A stretch of DNA of 64,000 nt. Origin: an uncultured Patescibacteria group bacterium (GTDB lineage Bacteria; Patescibacteriota; Microgenomatia; UBA10105; UBA927). Positions within the stretch are counted from its first letter, which is position 1. Every line of letters begins with the position of its first letter. The notes under the pieces were generated by a model, which saw only the letters and a list, made by a program, of their open reading frames with translations, had not been told where the DNA came from and made no database searches. Shown one piece after another: positions 26,780-37,953 of this stretch. The stretch is from NCBI GenBank assembly GCA_937921305.1, contig CAKZSU010000003.1, positions 38,831 through 102,830 on the forward strand, written 5' to 3'. Both the position numbers and the translations under genes were made by a program.

Positions 26780-28407
26780 AGCACATCGGCAAGAAGATTT
26801 TTCCCTGTCATGACCGGTGGCGTTGGAATACCCATGATATGCAAAATCGTTGGAGCAACATCGCCAAGTTTTCCGCTTGGAAGCGTTATCGCTTTTCCTT
26901 GCAACGCATTACTTATCACAATAAATGGCACGGGATAGGTGGAATGTTCGGTATCCATTTCTCCATCTGGACCAAGCATTTCTTCTACATTCCCATGGTC
27001 TGCGGTAATAACGCATGTTCCGTTATGTGAAAGCACCGCTAGAACGATTTTTCCAACGCATTCATCAATAACGTGACACGCTTTAATCGCGGCAGAAATA
27101 TTTCCCGTGTGTCCAACCATATCCGCGTTCGCGAAATTTGCAAGAATAAACGAATACACGCCAAGTTTTAGCCGATCTAATAATTTTTCGGTAATTTCAT
27201 ACGCGGACATTTCCGGTTTTAGATCATAGGTAGCAACTTTTGCCGATGGAACAATAAGGCGATCTTCTCCTGGCATCGGATCTTCTCGCATTCCATTAAA
27301 GTAATAGGTGACGAATCGCTCTTTTTCTGTTTCCGCCATGCGAAGCTGACGAAGACCGGCATCGGCGATGACTCTTCCTAATGGCGATTTGATCGATAAT
27401 GGCGGATATGCGACAACAACAGGAAGATCGCGTTCATATTCGGTCATTGTGACGAAGAAAAGTTCTTTTAAAACAATTTTTCTTTTAAACGGTTTTAATC
27501 GTGTGTCTTCTTCAATAATGTGTTTATGATAATAATTAACCGTATATGGATCAAACGCTTTTGACGTATGCGTTTCAAAGTTATCCAAGACAAATGCCTT
27601 CGTTAACTGTCTTGGTCTATCAATACGAAAATTAAAAAATATCACTGCATCATTGTGAGAAATGCGAGGATATGGATTCCCTTGTTCATCTTGAATAATC
27701 GTCGGTTCTATAAATTCATCGGTAATCCCTTTTTGATACGCTCGTTCTATTACGTCTTCAGGGCTTTTTGCTTGATTTGATATAAAAGAGGTTAATGCAT
27801 CATATGCTTTTTCTGTTCGTTCCCATCGTCTATCTCGATCCATCGCGTAATATCTTCCCATGATTGTGGCAATTGTTCCCACTTGGAATTCCGCCATTCT
27901 CTCCCGCAATTCTCGAAGAAACCGAATCGCTGAATTTGGAGGACTATCTCTTCCATCGGTAAAGATGTGAAGATATACACGGTTGTAATGATTAAATTGC
28001 TTTGCGGTTTTTAATAATGCATATAAATGTTCTCGACTTGAGTGCACCATTCCATCACTTAACAATCCCATAATATGAATATTTGTTCCATGTGTTTCTG
28101 CATACTTAAATGCGCCAATAAACGCTTCATTTTTTTCAAACGATTCATCAGCAATTGACATGTTAATTCTTGGAAGATCTTGATAAACAATTCTTCCAGC
28201 CCCGAGGTTAATATGACCTGTTTCTGTATTGCCATCTTCTCCAGCTGGTAATCCCACACCTTCCCCTGATGCGATAAGCTGCGTGTGAGGATAGCTTGCT
28301 TTATATTTTGGCATGTATTTGAGATTTGCAAGAGAAATCGCGTTACCTGGGCCAGGCGGAGCGATTCCCCATCCGTCAAGGACAAGCAATACAACGGGAT
28401 GTTTCAT
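26776..28407 (-). CDS. gpmI: 2,3-bisphosphoglycerate-independent phosphoglycerate mutase
   Basis: 543 aa. N-terminal LLVLDGWG motif and a metalloenzyme-domain pattern. Confidence 0.9.
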   Translation of the reverse strand: MKHPVVLLVLDGWGIAPPGPGNAISLANLKYMPKYKASYPHTQLIASGEGVGLPAGEDGNTETGHINLGAGRIVYQDLPRINMSIADESFEKNEAFIGAFKYAETHGTNIHIMGLLSDGMVHSSREHLYALLKTAKQFNHYNRVYLHIFTDGRDSPPNSAIRFLRELRERMAEFQVGTIATIMGRYYAMDRDRRWERTEKAYDALTSFISNQAKSPEDVIERAYQKGITDEFIEPTIIQDEQGNPYPRISHNDAVIFFNFRIDRPRQLTKAFVLDNFETHTSKAFDPYTVNYYHKHIIEEDTRLKPFKRKIVLKELFFVTMTEYERDLPVVVAYPPLSIKSPLGRVIADAGLRQLRMAETEKERFVTYYFNGMREDPMPGEDRLIVPSAKVATYDLKPEMSAYEITEKLLDRLKLGVYSFILANFANADMVGHTGNISAAIKACHVIDECVGKIVLAVLSHNGTCVITADHGNVEEMLGPDGEMDTEHSTYPVPFIVISNALQGKAITLPSGKLGDVAPTILHIMGIPTPPVMTGKNLLADVL

Positions 28408-28410
28408 AGA

Positions 28411-29688
28411 TTATTGCTTCCGTAGCATGTCTTGTTCAATCAAAAGGAGTCTATTATACTTTGCGACGCGTTCCCCGCGAGCAGGCGCGCCAAATTTCAC
28501 ATATTCTGATTGAATCCCTACCGCAATATCCGCGATATAACTATCATTCGTCTCGCCGCTTCTATGCGAAGTAATGCAGGTAATTCCATGTTTTTTTGCG
28601 ATGGCGACGACTTGTAAAAATTCTGTCAATGATCCAATTTGGTTTGGTTTCAGAAGAATCGCGGAGCATGCTTGTTCCTCAATTGCTTTTTGCAGTCTGT
28701 TTGGATTCGTCGCAAGAAGATCGTCTCCAATAATAAAAACTTCGTCCTTTAATAAATTCGTTATCTCTTTCCACGATTGCCAATCGTCTTCATCAAATGG
28801 ATCTTCGAGCAATAATAACCGATATTTTTCATGAATATCTTTCAAAAATTCTATGAATTCTTTCGAAGAAAATGGTCCGGATCGATCTTTTATTTCATAT
28901 CCGCGAGAGGTTTTGAAGTGCGATGCGGCGATATCAAGGCCAAGAAACACATCAACTGTCAATCGATATGGTGTTCGCCTTATCGCGTCTATAAGGATAT
29001 CCAATGCATCTGTATTTGTGTATAAATTTGGCGTGAATCCACCTTCGTCTCCCACAGAATGAGCGGCGTTTCTATCTTCTAACATCCGTTTCACCGCGTA
29101 ATAAATTTCATCGCCAATTCTTAACGCAAGAGAAAAAGGTTTATTGCTCGCTGGTAGCACATGAAATTCCTGAAAATCTAAATTGCCCGCGCCGTGCATG
29201 CCGCCATTGATTAAGTTAAATGTTGGCGTCGGCATGCGTTGAATCGGAATTGGCGACTGCATGAATGAAGAAAATACCGCGTTAATGTATCGATACAAAG
29301 GCATCCGTTGATAATTTGCCGCAGCAATAGCTGTTGCGATAGAAACACTCAAAATGGCGTTTGCTCCAAGCTTTGATTTATTCTCCGTTCCGTCAAGCTT
29401 AAGCATCAATGTATCGATTTCTTGTTGTTTCAACGCGTCTCGCCCGCGAAGTTTTGGCCCGATAATATTCATGACATTTGAGATCGCTTTCAACACGCCC
29501 ATGCCGTTATATCGTTTCTCATCGTTGTCTCGGAGTTCTACCGCTTCATATTTTCCGCGAGACGCTCCCGCGGGAACAGCTGCGGTTCCTCGATATCCGC
29601 TGTTCAGTACAACGGTTGTTTCTATGGTTGGATTTCCTCGAGAATCAAGAATTTCTCTCGCAACAATAGCGTAAATAGCGGAATTCAT
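28411..29688 (-). CDS. eno: Enolase
   Basis: 425 aa. N-terminal ILDSRGNPTIE motif and a conserved enolase C-terminal TIM-barrel region. Confidence 0.95.
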   Translation of the reverse strand: MNSAIYAIVAREILDSRGNPTIETTVVLNSGYRGTAAVPAGASRGKYEAVELRDNDEKRYNGMGVLKAISNVMNIIGPKLRGRDALKQQEIDTLMLKLDGTENKSKLGANAILSVSIATAIAAANYQRMPLYRYINAVFSSFMQSPIPIQRMPTPTFNLINGGMHGAGNLDFQEFHVLPASNKPFSLALRIGDEIYYAVKRMLEDRNAAHSVGDEGGFTPNLYTNTDALDILIDAIRRTPYRLTVDVFLGLDIAASHFKTSRGYEIKDRSGPFSSKEFIEFLKDIHEKYRLLLLEDPFDEDDWQSWKEITNLLKDEVFIIGDDLLATNPNRLQKAIEEQACSAILLKPNQIGSLTEFLQVVAIAKKHGITCITSHRSGETNDSYIADIAVGIQSEYVKFGAPARGERVAKYNRLLLIEQDMLRKQ

Positions 29689-29764
29689 ACAAGAATTTTC
29701 TTATTCACAGTGTATCATAGATCTCTTAAGAGAGAGAAGAGTAATGTCGAAAATAATATTTTAA

Positions 29765-32020
29765 TCACTTCTTCCCCAATCGTTGTTCAGCATTGAAGAT
29801 CGTTTCTCGGACATGGTAGATCGCGTCTGGATTGACGGAGACGCTTGTGATTCCCCATTCCACGAGTTTTTCAACCAAATCGGGATAATCCGATGGCGCT
29901 TGTCCACACATGGAAACCGTAATACTATGTTGAACGCATGTTTTTATCACTCGCTCAAACGCCCATAAGACCGCAGGATCGCGTTCAGAAAAATCATGTG
30001 CCACTTCGCTGTTGTCTCGATCCGTCCCAAGAATGAGCATCGTCAAATCATTTGATCCAATGGAAACGCCGTCAATCCCCACAGCGATGAAATCTTCTAA
30101 ACGAATCACATTTGTGGGAATCTCGCACATCAGCCACAATTTAAAATCATGACTCCGCTCCAGTCCTTCCTGCTCCATAATCCGTTGTACATCGCGCAAT
30201 TCTTCCGGCGTCCTCACAAATGGAATCATCATCCAAAGATTCGTATATCCAAATTCATTGCGGACCTTTTTTATCGCAGCAAGTTCCATGCGAAATACGC
30301 GCGGATCGGCAACATATCGAGCGGCTCCCCGAAATCCAAGCATAGGATTCGGCTCTTCCGGTTCAAAGGCATCTCCTCCTTTTAATCCTCGATATTCGTT
30401 TGTCTTAAAGTCTGTCGCTCGATACACGACCGGTTTTCCCTGAAACGCCTTGCAAAACACTTCTAGTTTTTCCGCGAGAGCAGAGACAAATGCATCTTCT
30501 TTTTGCTCTTCAATAAATTTCCTTGGATGAACTCCGATATCAGCGATCATAAACTCGGCTCGCAAGAGCCCAACGCCATCAACATGCATTTTGGAAACTG
30601 ATTCCGCTCTGCTTGGTTCCGCAAGATTGACATACACTTTTGTTGCTGTCTTTCGTTCTTCTCTCGGTATGGAAATTTTCGTTGTCTGCATATCAATTTT
30701 TCCTTCATAAATTTCTCCTCGGGTTCCATGTACCGTAATAACCATACCATCTTTTAATGTTGTCATCGCTCCTGTCGTTCCCACTACAGCGGGAATACCA
30801 AGCTCTCGCGAAACAATCGCCGCGTGAGAGGTCCTTCCGCCTCGCTCTGTCACAATCGCCACTGCTCTTCGCATCGCAGGAACAAAATCAGGATTTGTCT
30901 GTTCGGCAACCAATACATCCCCTTGTTCCACGCGATTGATTTCTTCCGCAGAACGAAGCACTTTCACAACTCCTGAAGCTACACCTGGACTTGCCGGATC
31001 ACCTTTTAATAAGACATGCAAAGACTTCTGAGATATTTCCTGATCGTTTGACGAAACCTGATGATCTATTGTCGTGACAGGTCGTGTTTGAACAATATAG
31101 AGTTTTCCTCCTTCCATCGCCCATTCAATATCCTGTGGAAAATAGTAATGCCGTTCCAGTCGGATGCCCAGATCCGCGAGTTGTTTTATGTGTTCATCGG
31201 ATAGCTTTTGTCGTTTTGCTTCTTCGGGATTGCACGAACGGATCAAGTTTCCTGTTCCTTGTTGCATCATCATCTTTTCTTGTTCTTTAACAATTTTTGT
31301 TAGAATCTCTCCTGTTTTTTTATCAACTTCATAATGATCGGGCGTTACCGCTCCTTGCACGATCATTTCTCCGAGCCCAATTATTGCTTCGATAATAATT
31401 TTTGTTTTGTCATTCGTTACAGGATCAACGGTAAACATAATCCCCGACGCTTCAGACTCGATCATTTTTTGCACCGGAACGGCAATTCCCACCTTAAAAT
31501 GATCAAATCGGTTGGTTGCTCGATAAAAGATAGCTCGGGCCGTAAAAAGAGAAGCCCACGCTTCTCGCACTTTGTCAACCACGTTCGCTTCGCCTTGAAC
31601 ATTTAAAAACGTTGATTGTTGTCCGGCAAACGACGCGCCAGGCAAATCTTCAGCCGTCGCTGATGAACGAACTGCAACCAACGCGTGACGAAACGGTCCG
31701 CTTAAAGTGAAATACGCGTTGATAATTTCTTTCGCAACATCTTTTGGAACGTTTGCATGAATAATCAAACTTTGAATCTTTCTCGCTATTTCTTCCAACG
31801 CGACCGTGTTGTTTACATCAAGAACAGATAACAGATCATGAATCTTGCTTCGAAGATGATCTTCTTCAAGAAATCGATAATACGCATGCGAAGTGACGAT
31901 AAATCCATTTGGTACAGGAAATCCCGCTTGAGCCATTTCTCCAAGATTTGCTCCCTTTCCGCCGACAAGATCGATATCTTCCTTATTTACATCTTTAAAC
32001 CATACCACATACTTCTCCAT
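29765..32020 (-). CDS. ppsA: Phosphoenolpyruvate synthase (pyruvate, water dikinase)
   Basis: 751 aa. N-terminal GGKGANLGEM and VPNGF motifs, RSSATAEDLPGASFAGQQ block, the phosphohistidine-domain motif RGGRTSHAAI, and a C-terminal PEP-utilizing TIM barrel. Confidence 0.9.
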   Translation of the reverse strand: MEKYVVWFKDVNKEDIDLVGGKGANLGEMAQAGFPVPNGFIVTSHAYYRFLEEDHLRSKIHDLLSVLDVNNTVALEEIARKIQSLIIHANVPKDVAKEIINAYFTLSGPFRHALVAVRSSATAEDLPGASFAGQQSTFLNVQGEANVVDKVREAWASLFTARAIFYRATNRFDHFKVGIAVPVQKMIESEASGIMFTVDPVTNDKTKIIIEAIIGLGEMIVQGAVTPDHYEVDKKTGEILTKIVKEQEKMMMQQGTGNLIRSCNPEEAKRQKLSDEHIKQLADLGIRLERHYYFPQDIEWAMEGGKLYIVQTRPVTTIDHQVSSNDQEISQKSLHVLLKGDPASPGVASGVVKVLRSAEEINRVEQGDVLVAEQTNPDFVPAMRRAVAIVTERGGRTSHAAIVSRELGIPAVVGTTGAMTTLKDGMVITVHGTRGEIYEGKIDMQTTKISIPREERKTATKVYVNLAEPSRAESVSKMHVDGVGLLRAEFMIADIGVHPRKFIEEQKEDAFVSALAEKLEVFCKAFQGKPVVYRATDFKTNEYRGLKGGDAFEPEEPNPMLGFRGAARYVADPRVFRMELAAIKKVRNEFGYTNLWMMIPFVRTPEELRDVQRIMEQEGLERSHDFKLWLMCEIPTNVIRLEDFIAVGIDGVSIGSNDLTMLILGTDRDNSEVAHDFSERDPAVLWAFERVIKTCVQHSITVSMCGQAPSDYPDLVEKLVEWGITSVSVNPDAIYHVRETIFNAEQRLGKK

Positions 32021-32085
32021 ATGCTTTTAGTATGGATGAAAGAGGCAAGATTTTGCAAGCAGTCAAAATGTGAATACAAAACACA

Positions 32086-33648
32086 TTAGGAGCATCGCAT
32101 TTCTCGATAATAAGAAAGTAATTGGTTGGTTGAGGAATCATACCGTGATGATGAAGATTCGATGAGAATATCTTGCACAATGCTCTTCGCAATCACTTTA
32201 CCATACTCCACGCCAAATTGATCAAATGAGTTAATATCCCACAGCGCGCCTTGCGTGAACACCTTGTGTTCATATATGGCAATCAGTTGCCCCAACGTCC
32301 TTGGCGTCAATTGAGTCGCAAGAAATGTTGTTGATGGACGATTTCCCGGTATGTCTTTGTGTGGTTCATCAGATGTTTTCCCAAACGCTAACACATGCGA
32401 TTGCGCAAAACAATTCGCGACCAGTTTCTCATGATGATCTCCGATAGGATACGCGCTCTTCGCAAAAACGATAAAATCAACCGGAAAAAATTTTGTTCCT
32501 TGATGAAGCAATTGAAAAAAGGAGTGTTGCGCGTTTGTTCCTGGCTCCCCCCAGACAATCGGTCCTGTTTCATAGGAAACTATAGATCCATCTTTTGTCA
32601 CTCGTTTCCCGTTGCTTTCCATATCTAATTGCTGAACATACGCCGGAAATCGGTGAAGATATTGTTCATATGGAATGATCGCGTATGTTTGCGCATTCCA
32701 CATATTGTTATACCAAAATCCAAGAAGGCCCAAAAGCAAAGGCACATTCCTCTCCATTGGCGTTGTTTTAAAATGTTGATCAATATCATAATATCCAGCA
32801 AGAAAATCTTTAAAATGATTCCATCCAATCGCGATCATGAGCGATAATCCAATCGCTGAAGGCAATGAATATCTCCCTCCAACCCAATCCCAAAATTCAA
32901 ACATGCGATCGGGCGATATTCCAAACCGAGCAACCTCTTCCGAATTTGTAGAAAGAGCTACAAAATGATCGGCAATCGCTTCTTCTGGCATTGACTGAAG
33001 AAACCAAGATCTTGCGCTTTTTGCGTTTGTCATCGTTTCATTCGTGGTAAATGTTTTAGAAGCAATAATAAACAATATTTCCTGTGGATGAATTTCTCGA
33101 ATCGCTTCATGCAAATGCGCGCTATCTACATTGCTCACAAATCGAACATCGATATTACGATCAGCGTATGCTTTCAGCGCTTCATATGCCATAACAGGTC
33201 CCAGATCAGACCCGCCAATACCGATATTGATTACATATTTTATTTTTTTCTCGCTTCGAATACGATCAGAAAATACGTGCATACGCTCAAGAACAGAATG
33301 AACATCCTCTGCAACATTTTTCCCATCGACTGTGATTGGTGTCTCTCCTTGATGCCGAAGAGCGATATGAAGAACAGATCGATGCTCTGTTGTATTTATC
33401 TTTTCCCCAGCAAACATCGCATCGCGAAGGGTTTCGATTCCTCTTGCTTTTGCAAGTGCAAACAAAAGATCAAGTGTCTTCTTTGTTATACGATGCTTTG
33501 AAATATCGACAATAAAATCTCCCGCTTGATAGGTAAATGTTTTTGCTCGTTCTTGATCATGAAAAAAAAGATCTCGAATATGAATGTTCTGTAGTTCTTC
33601 TACATGAGATTGAAGTTGCTTATATTCTGGCAGATCAATTAATACCAT
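32086..33648 (-). CDS. pgi: Glucose-6-phosphate isomerase
   Basis: 520 aa. SIS-domain pattern and PGI signature regions ([11 protein letters not shown]). Confidence 0.85.
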   Translation of the reverse strand: MVLIDLPEYKQLQSHVEELQNIHIRDLFFHDQERAKTFTYQAGDFIVDISKHRITKKTLDLLFALAKARGIETLRDAMFAGEKINTTEHRSVLHIALRHQGETPITVDGKNVAEDVHSVLERMHVFSDRIRSEKKIKYVINIGIGGSDLGPVMAYEALKAYADRNIDVRFVSNVDSAHLHEAIREIHPQEILFIIASKTFTTNETMTNAKSARSWFLQSMPEEAIADHFVALSTNSEEVARFGISPDRMFEFWDWVGGRYSLPSAIGLSLMIAIGWNHFKDFLAGYYDIDQHFKTTPMERNVPLLLGLLGFWYNNMWNAQTYAIIPYEQYLHRFPAYVQQLDMESNGKRVTKDGSIVSYETGPIVWGEPGTNAQHSFFQLLHQGTKFFPVDFIVFAKSAYPIGDHHEKLVANCFAQSHVLAFGKTSDEPHKDIPGNRPSTTFLATQLTPRTLGQLIAIYEHKVFTQGALWDINSFDQFGVEYGKVIAKSIVQDILIESSSSRYDSSTNQLLSYYREMRCS

Positions 33649-33655
33649 AAAATGG

Positions 33656-35020
33656 TTATCCCTTTCTTTTTCCGCCTAATTCTTCGATCGCTGAGATAAC
33701 TTCTGAAAGTTTCTCTTCAAGAATTTCTTTTGTGTCTGCTTCCATGTTGAGGCGAAGCAACGGTTCTGTTTTTGACGCTCTCACATTAAACCAATAGGTT
33801 TGATACCATACACTCACGCCGTCAATTTCGTCAACTGAATCCGCAGTTTTTCCAAATATTTCTTTCATGCTTGCGATTATCGCGTTTGCGTCTGGAACGA
33901 AAAAATTTATTTCTCCGCTGTCAGGGTAAATACTTAATTCATCAACATATTCCGATAACTTCTTTCCTTCTTGAGACAATAGCGAAAGAACCATCAATGC
34001 CGTTAGCACGCCGCTTTCAGCAAAAAAGAAATCCCGATGAAAATAATGACCAGAATGTTCTCCAGCAAAAATCGCATTTTCCTCTCTCATGTATTGTTTA
34101 ATATAACTATGTCCAACGCGAACTCGCCTCGATCTTCCGCCGTATTCAGCGATAACTTTTGGCACAACACGTCCGCAAATGACATTATATAAAATCATTT
34201 CTCCCGGGTGATGTTTCAAGATATATTTTGAGAGAATGGCGGTGGTAATCGTTCCGCTGACAAAACGGCCTTTGTCGTCAATTAAAAACATTCGATCCGC
34301 GTCTCCGTCAAACGCCATTCCGACATCGGCGTTTGATTGAAGAACGGTCTTCCTCAATTCTTCTGTATTTTCTTTGATAAGCGGATTGGGAATATGATTT
34401 GGAAATCTCCCGTCTAATTCCATATACATTCCTGTTACTTTGAATGGCAGATCGTTGAAAATAATTGGAACAAGTTTTCCCGCCATGCCATTTCCCGCAT
34501 CAACGACGACAGAGAGTGGCTTCAGGTTATCGAGATGAACAAGAGACAGAATTTTTTCTTTCCATGCTGGATATGGATCAATAGAAATCAAAGCCCCTTT
34601 CTTTTCGGCGTTTGAAAGTGGAGCATTGCTCAACGCGTCGCGGATATCAAATAATCCTGAATCGGATGTTACCGAAATCGCGCCTCGTTTTGTCAATTTT
34701 ATTCCGTTATACTCGGGTGGATTATGAGACGCGGAAATCATAAGAACCAAATCGTAATCATATGTCCCTGCAATAAAATAAGATAGTTCTGTTCCGCAAA
34801 GTCCTGCGTCATAGACATCAACGCCAAGATTGAGAAATGCTTCAGAAAATCCCTTAAATAACTCGTCTCCCGATGTTCGCATGTCGCGACAAATAGCGAT
34901 TGACGATGGACGAAACACAAGAACAATCGCGTGAGCTATAGCCGATGCGATCTGTCCATTTATTTGAGAGGGATACACTCCGCGAATGTCATAATCCTTA
35001 AAAATAGTTAAATCGTACAT
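33656..35020 (-). CDS. Phosphoglucomutase/phosphomannomutase (alpha-D-phosphohexomutase family)
   Basis: 454 aa. Active-site serine motif [13 protein letters not shown] and Mg-binding motif DGDADR. Confidence 0.85.
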   Translation of the reverse strand: MYDLTIFKDYDIRGVYPSQINGQIASAIAHAIVLVFRPSSIAICRDMRTSGDELFKGFSEAFLNLGVDVYDAGLCGTELSYFIAGTYDYDLVLMISASHNPPEYNGIKLTKRGAISVTSDSGLFDIRDALSNAPLSNAEKKGALISIDPYPAWKEKILSLVHLDNLKPLSVVVDAGNGMAGKLVPIIFNDLPFKVTGMYMELDGRFPNHIPNPLIKENTEELRKTVLQSNADVGMAFDGDADRMFLIDDKGRFVSGTITTAILSKYILKHHPGEMILYNVICGRVVPKVIAEYGGRSRRVRVGHSYIKQYMREENAIFAGEHSGHYFHRDFFFAESGVLTALMVLSLLSQEGKKLSEYVDELSIYPDSGEINFFVPDANAIIASMKEIFGKTADSVDEIDGVSVWYQTYWFNVRASKTEPLLRLNMEADTKEILEEKLSEVISAIEELGGKRKG

Positions 35021-35703
35021 AAAACCTCCATTAATTCATCTTCTGGGGTATACACTAATTGTCCAGAGTTTCTTTTATATTCTATCATTCGTATATTGGC
35101 ATATAAAGACAACAACTGTTTCAGCGTAAAGTGCTTCGCTTGATTTGTCAATCGAGCTTTTTGCCACCTTTGTAATTCTTGATAGTCTTTTCCGCACAGT
35201 ATAAATAGCAATTGTTTTACTCGTTTCTGTGTCATCGCAACAATAAATTCAGGAGATTGTTCTTTCATTACTATATGAGAAAGTTGCAAGATGTGTTTTT
35301 GATTCCCGGGTCGAATCGCGTCTAAAAATTGAAAGATAACTGTTGGAAGTTTAAACTGTTTTATCTGAGCTATCTTTTGCATGCTTTGAATGATTGATTT
35401 TGATACTTCTTTTTCTTCCCACAGGATGATTTCCGAACTATTTTTATATTCATTTAGTAACTCGAGATATTTTTGAGCATTTTTTTTCCTCTTTTCTTTT
35501 GAGGATAAAAATTGCTCTATGATCATCACTCGTTCTTGATCAAACAATGACGAAGAAGAAAGTGCTTGAATGTAGATGTCTTCTTGTATGGATTTTCCAT
35601 CAATGTAAATAATCTCTTTCCCTTCTCTTTTCGCATCTTCTTTTATGCGATTAAGTTCACTTCTTGACGCTGCAATATCATCGCCATGCAAAACAAGTAT
35701 CAT
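35008..35703 (-). CDS. Putative DNA polymerase III delta subunit (HolA-like), short form
   Basis: 231 aa. The N-terminal pattern resembles the delta subunit (ILVLHGDD...ID...SLF..ERVMIIEQ). Weak call. Confidence 0.4.
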   Translation of the reverse strand: MILVLHGDDIAASRSELNRIKEDAKREGKEIIYIDGKSIQEDIYIQALSSSSLFDQERVMIIEQFLSSKEKRKKNAQKYLELLNEYKNSSEIILWEEKEVSKSIIQSMQKIAQIKQFKLPTVIFQFLDAIRPGNQKHILQLSHIVMKEQSPEFIVAMTQKRVKQLLFILCGKDYQELQRWQKARLTNQAKHFTLKQLLSLYANIRMIEYKRNSGQLVYTPEDELMEVLCTI

Positions 35704-36119
35704 ATATGTTGTAGCGCTTCTTTGAAAACCTGCTCATTGGTTTCTTTATATCCCAACATTATAAGCGCTTCACTAATTGGAATCCACTCAACTTGAGAAA
35801 TTCCTTCTTCTTCTTGCGGCGTTACTTGCTCATTTCCTGTCGCGATAAAAAGAAAATACGAAACAGTTTTATGAATCTTTTGTCCATGTCGTATATACCA
35901 ATAGGTTATATCTTGTAATGGAATACCTCGCGATAAAGAAGAAATCCCCGTTTCTTCTCGAATTTCCCTTCGCGCTGCTTCTTCTTTTCCTTCTCCTTTG
36001 TCAATCAATCCTTTTGGAAATGTCCATTGTCCTTGCTTATCTTGAATGAGCAAGACATGCCATACATTTCCTATTTGTTTGAACACAATTCCACCAGCAG
36101 AATATTCGTTGTTCATCAC
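35700..36119 (-). CDS. NUDIX hydrolase
   Basis: 139 aa with the Nudix box GEGKEEAARREIREETGI. Confidence 0.8.
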   Translation of the reverse strand: MMNNEYSAGGIVFKQIGNVWHVLLIQDKQGQWTFPKGLIDKGEGKEEAARREIREETGISSLSRGIPLQDITYWYIRHGQKIHKTVSYFLFIATGNEQVTPQEEEGISQVEWIPISEALIMLGYKETNEQVFKEALQHI

Positions 36120-36228
36120 TTTTATTTTATACTATAAATCCTATCGGAACGCATAGCTTGCTAAATTTTTAAGAAAGTATCGAATTATCAGGAATTTTTA
36201 TTTCTTAAACGATAATATCTTTTATCTT

Positions 36229-37376
36229 TTAACACTTCCGGAAGGAGACTTGTCTTTGTGTACATATTATACCTTTTCCATATCCAAGTTCTTTCATGAG
36301 GGCTGTAGGAGCGCTACAAAGAGACAAAGGAATCGAAAGGTTTCCATAACGTTGAACATCCTGAATAGCCTCCATGATGGCGTCATAGGAACTTCGATCT
36401 TTTTTCTCGTTTGCAAGATATATTGTTCCAAACGACAACACAATGGTCGCTTCAGGATAGCCAATCTTATGACACGCGTCAAATACGGCGTTTGCCACAA
36501 CAAGTGCTGTTGGTTGAGCCATGCCAATATCTTCAGCAGCGAAAATAATCATCCGTCGAGCGATAAACAATGGGTCTTCTCCTCCTTCAACCATGCGAGC
36601 AAGGTAGTATAACGCGGCGTTAACATCCGACGCACGCATGCTTTTTATAAACGCTGAAATCGTGTTGTAATGCTCATCGCCTGCTTTATCGTATGAAAGG
36701 TATGGTGTTTGAAGCGCTTGTAAAATTATTTTTTGAGTAATTTCATTGCTCTTCACGAGAGAAATAGCGATTTCTAGTATCGTAAGCAATTGTCTCGCAT
36801 CGCCATTCGCAAACTCAACAAGTTTTCTTTGAGCATCTTTTGTTATCGTTTTATTGAATAACTTTAATGCTCGATCAATAAGAATATTCATATGATAATG
36901 TTCAAGTCGTTTTAATAGAAAAATTTTTACTCGAGAAAGCAACGCGTTCTGTATCTCAAATGAAGGATTTTCCGTTGTTGCACCAATAAGCGTTATCGTT
37001 CCTTGTTCAACATAGGGGAGCAACGCGTCTTGTTGTCCTTTATGAAATCTATGAATTTCATCAAGAAAAAGAATTGTTCGTTGAGATCGTTGTTTCGCCT
37101 CTCGTATGGTATCCCGAATGTCATCAAGAAGCCCACTCGTGATAGCAGATTTCCACGCAATATGCGCGTCAACTTCATGAGCAATGAGATGAGCAAGTGT
37201 TGTTTTCCCCACGCCGGGCGGTCCCCAAAAATGAGCGACGGAAGATGTCCCGTGCGGATCATTTGAAGTAAAATCCCACTTGAACCAACAAGATGTTCTT
37301 GTCCAACGAACTCATCAAGTGTCTTTGGTCGCAATCGATCAGCTAATGGTTGATACGGATGATTCATAGTGCTCAC
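36229..37376 (-). pseudogene. rarA: Recombination-associated AAA+ ATPase RarA/MgsA, interrupted by a -1 frameshift in a homopolymer run just before the Walker A motif
   Basis: N-terminal fragment (MSTMNHPYQPLADRLRPKTLDEFVGQEHL...LPSLIF) and the remainder (W)GPPGVGKTTLAHLIA... lie in different frames. They meet at the A5/C4 run at 37223-37231 (T5G4 on the coding strand). Confidence 0.7.
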
Positions 37377-37449
37377 TTATAATACTATGTTTTTCCTGCA
37401 AAATCATGGATATTGAATGATACAACGCTCTTAAGTAAAGTAGAAACAT

Positions 37450-37806
37450 ATGGACAATAATTTCATTCAAGCGCTTATTCAAGCATTAAAAGGAATATTC
37501 GCGACAAAAGACGACCTTAAAAAATTCGCGACAAAGAATGACCTTAAAAGATTTGCCACAAAAGAAGACCTTGTAGAATTAAAGGAGGAATTGCAACAAT
37601 ATATCGATGACCGATTATCTCACTTGCCAACAAAAGAAGAATTTTTTGAACGAGTGTATATGCTTATCGGTCAACTCCGAAAAACAGACAAGGAACAGAT
37701 TTTACAATCAGGACGATTATCAGAACATGACGATATTCTTGACAATCATGAACAACGGATCACTCGTCTTGAACGAACAAGTAAAACAGTGACATCGCCA
37801 TCCTAA
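37450..37806 (+). CDS. Hypothetical coiled-coil protein with three in-frame tandem 27-bp (9-aa) repeats
   Basis: Repeats ATKDDLKKF / ATKNDLKRF / ATKEDLVEL are encoded at about 37501-37581. Confidence 0.45.
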   Translation: MDNNFIQALIQALKGIFATKDDLKKFATKNDLKRFATKEDLVELKEELQQYIDDRLSHLPTKEEFFERVYMLIGQLRKTDKEQILQSGRLSEHDDILDNHEQRITRLERTSKTVTSPS

Positions 37807-37876
37807 TACGTAATAAGCAAGCACAACACTTCTTTTCTTTTATAAAATTTGCTACAATATTTCCTATAAACATGTC

Positions 37877-37950
37877 GCCCCGTTCGTCTAGCGGCCTAGG
37901 ACTCGTGGTTTTCAGCCACGCAATCGCCGGTTCGAATCCGGCACGGGGTA
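37877..37950 (+). tRNA. tRNA-Glu, anticodon TTC
   Basis: Sequence GCCCCGTTCGTCTAGCGGCCTAGGAC. Anticodon stem CGTGG/CCACG carries the loop TTTTCAG. T-loop GGTTCGAATCC. Closely resembles canonical bacterial tRNA-Glu. Confidence 0.75.
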
Positions 37951-37953
37951 CAA

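Noticed and set aside
37501-37581. Tandem 27-bp repeats as a possible CRISPR or non-coding repeat array
   Set aside because: The repeats are in-frame inside a well-formed ORF and encode a repeating 9-aa peptide. No spacer structure is present and there are no cas genes nearby.
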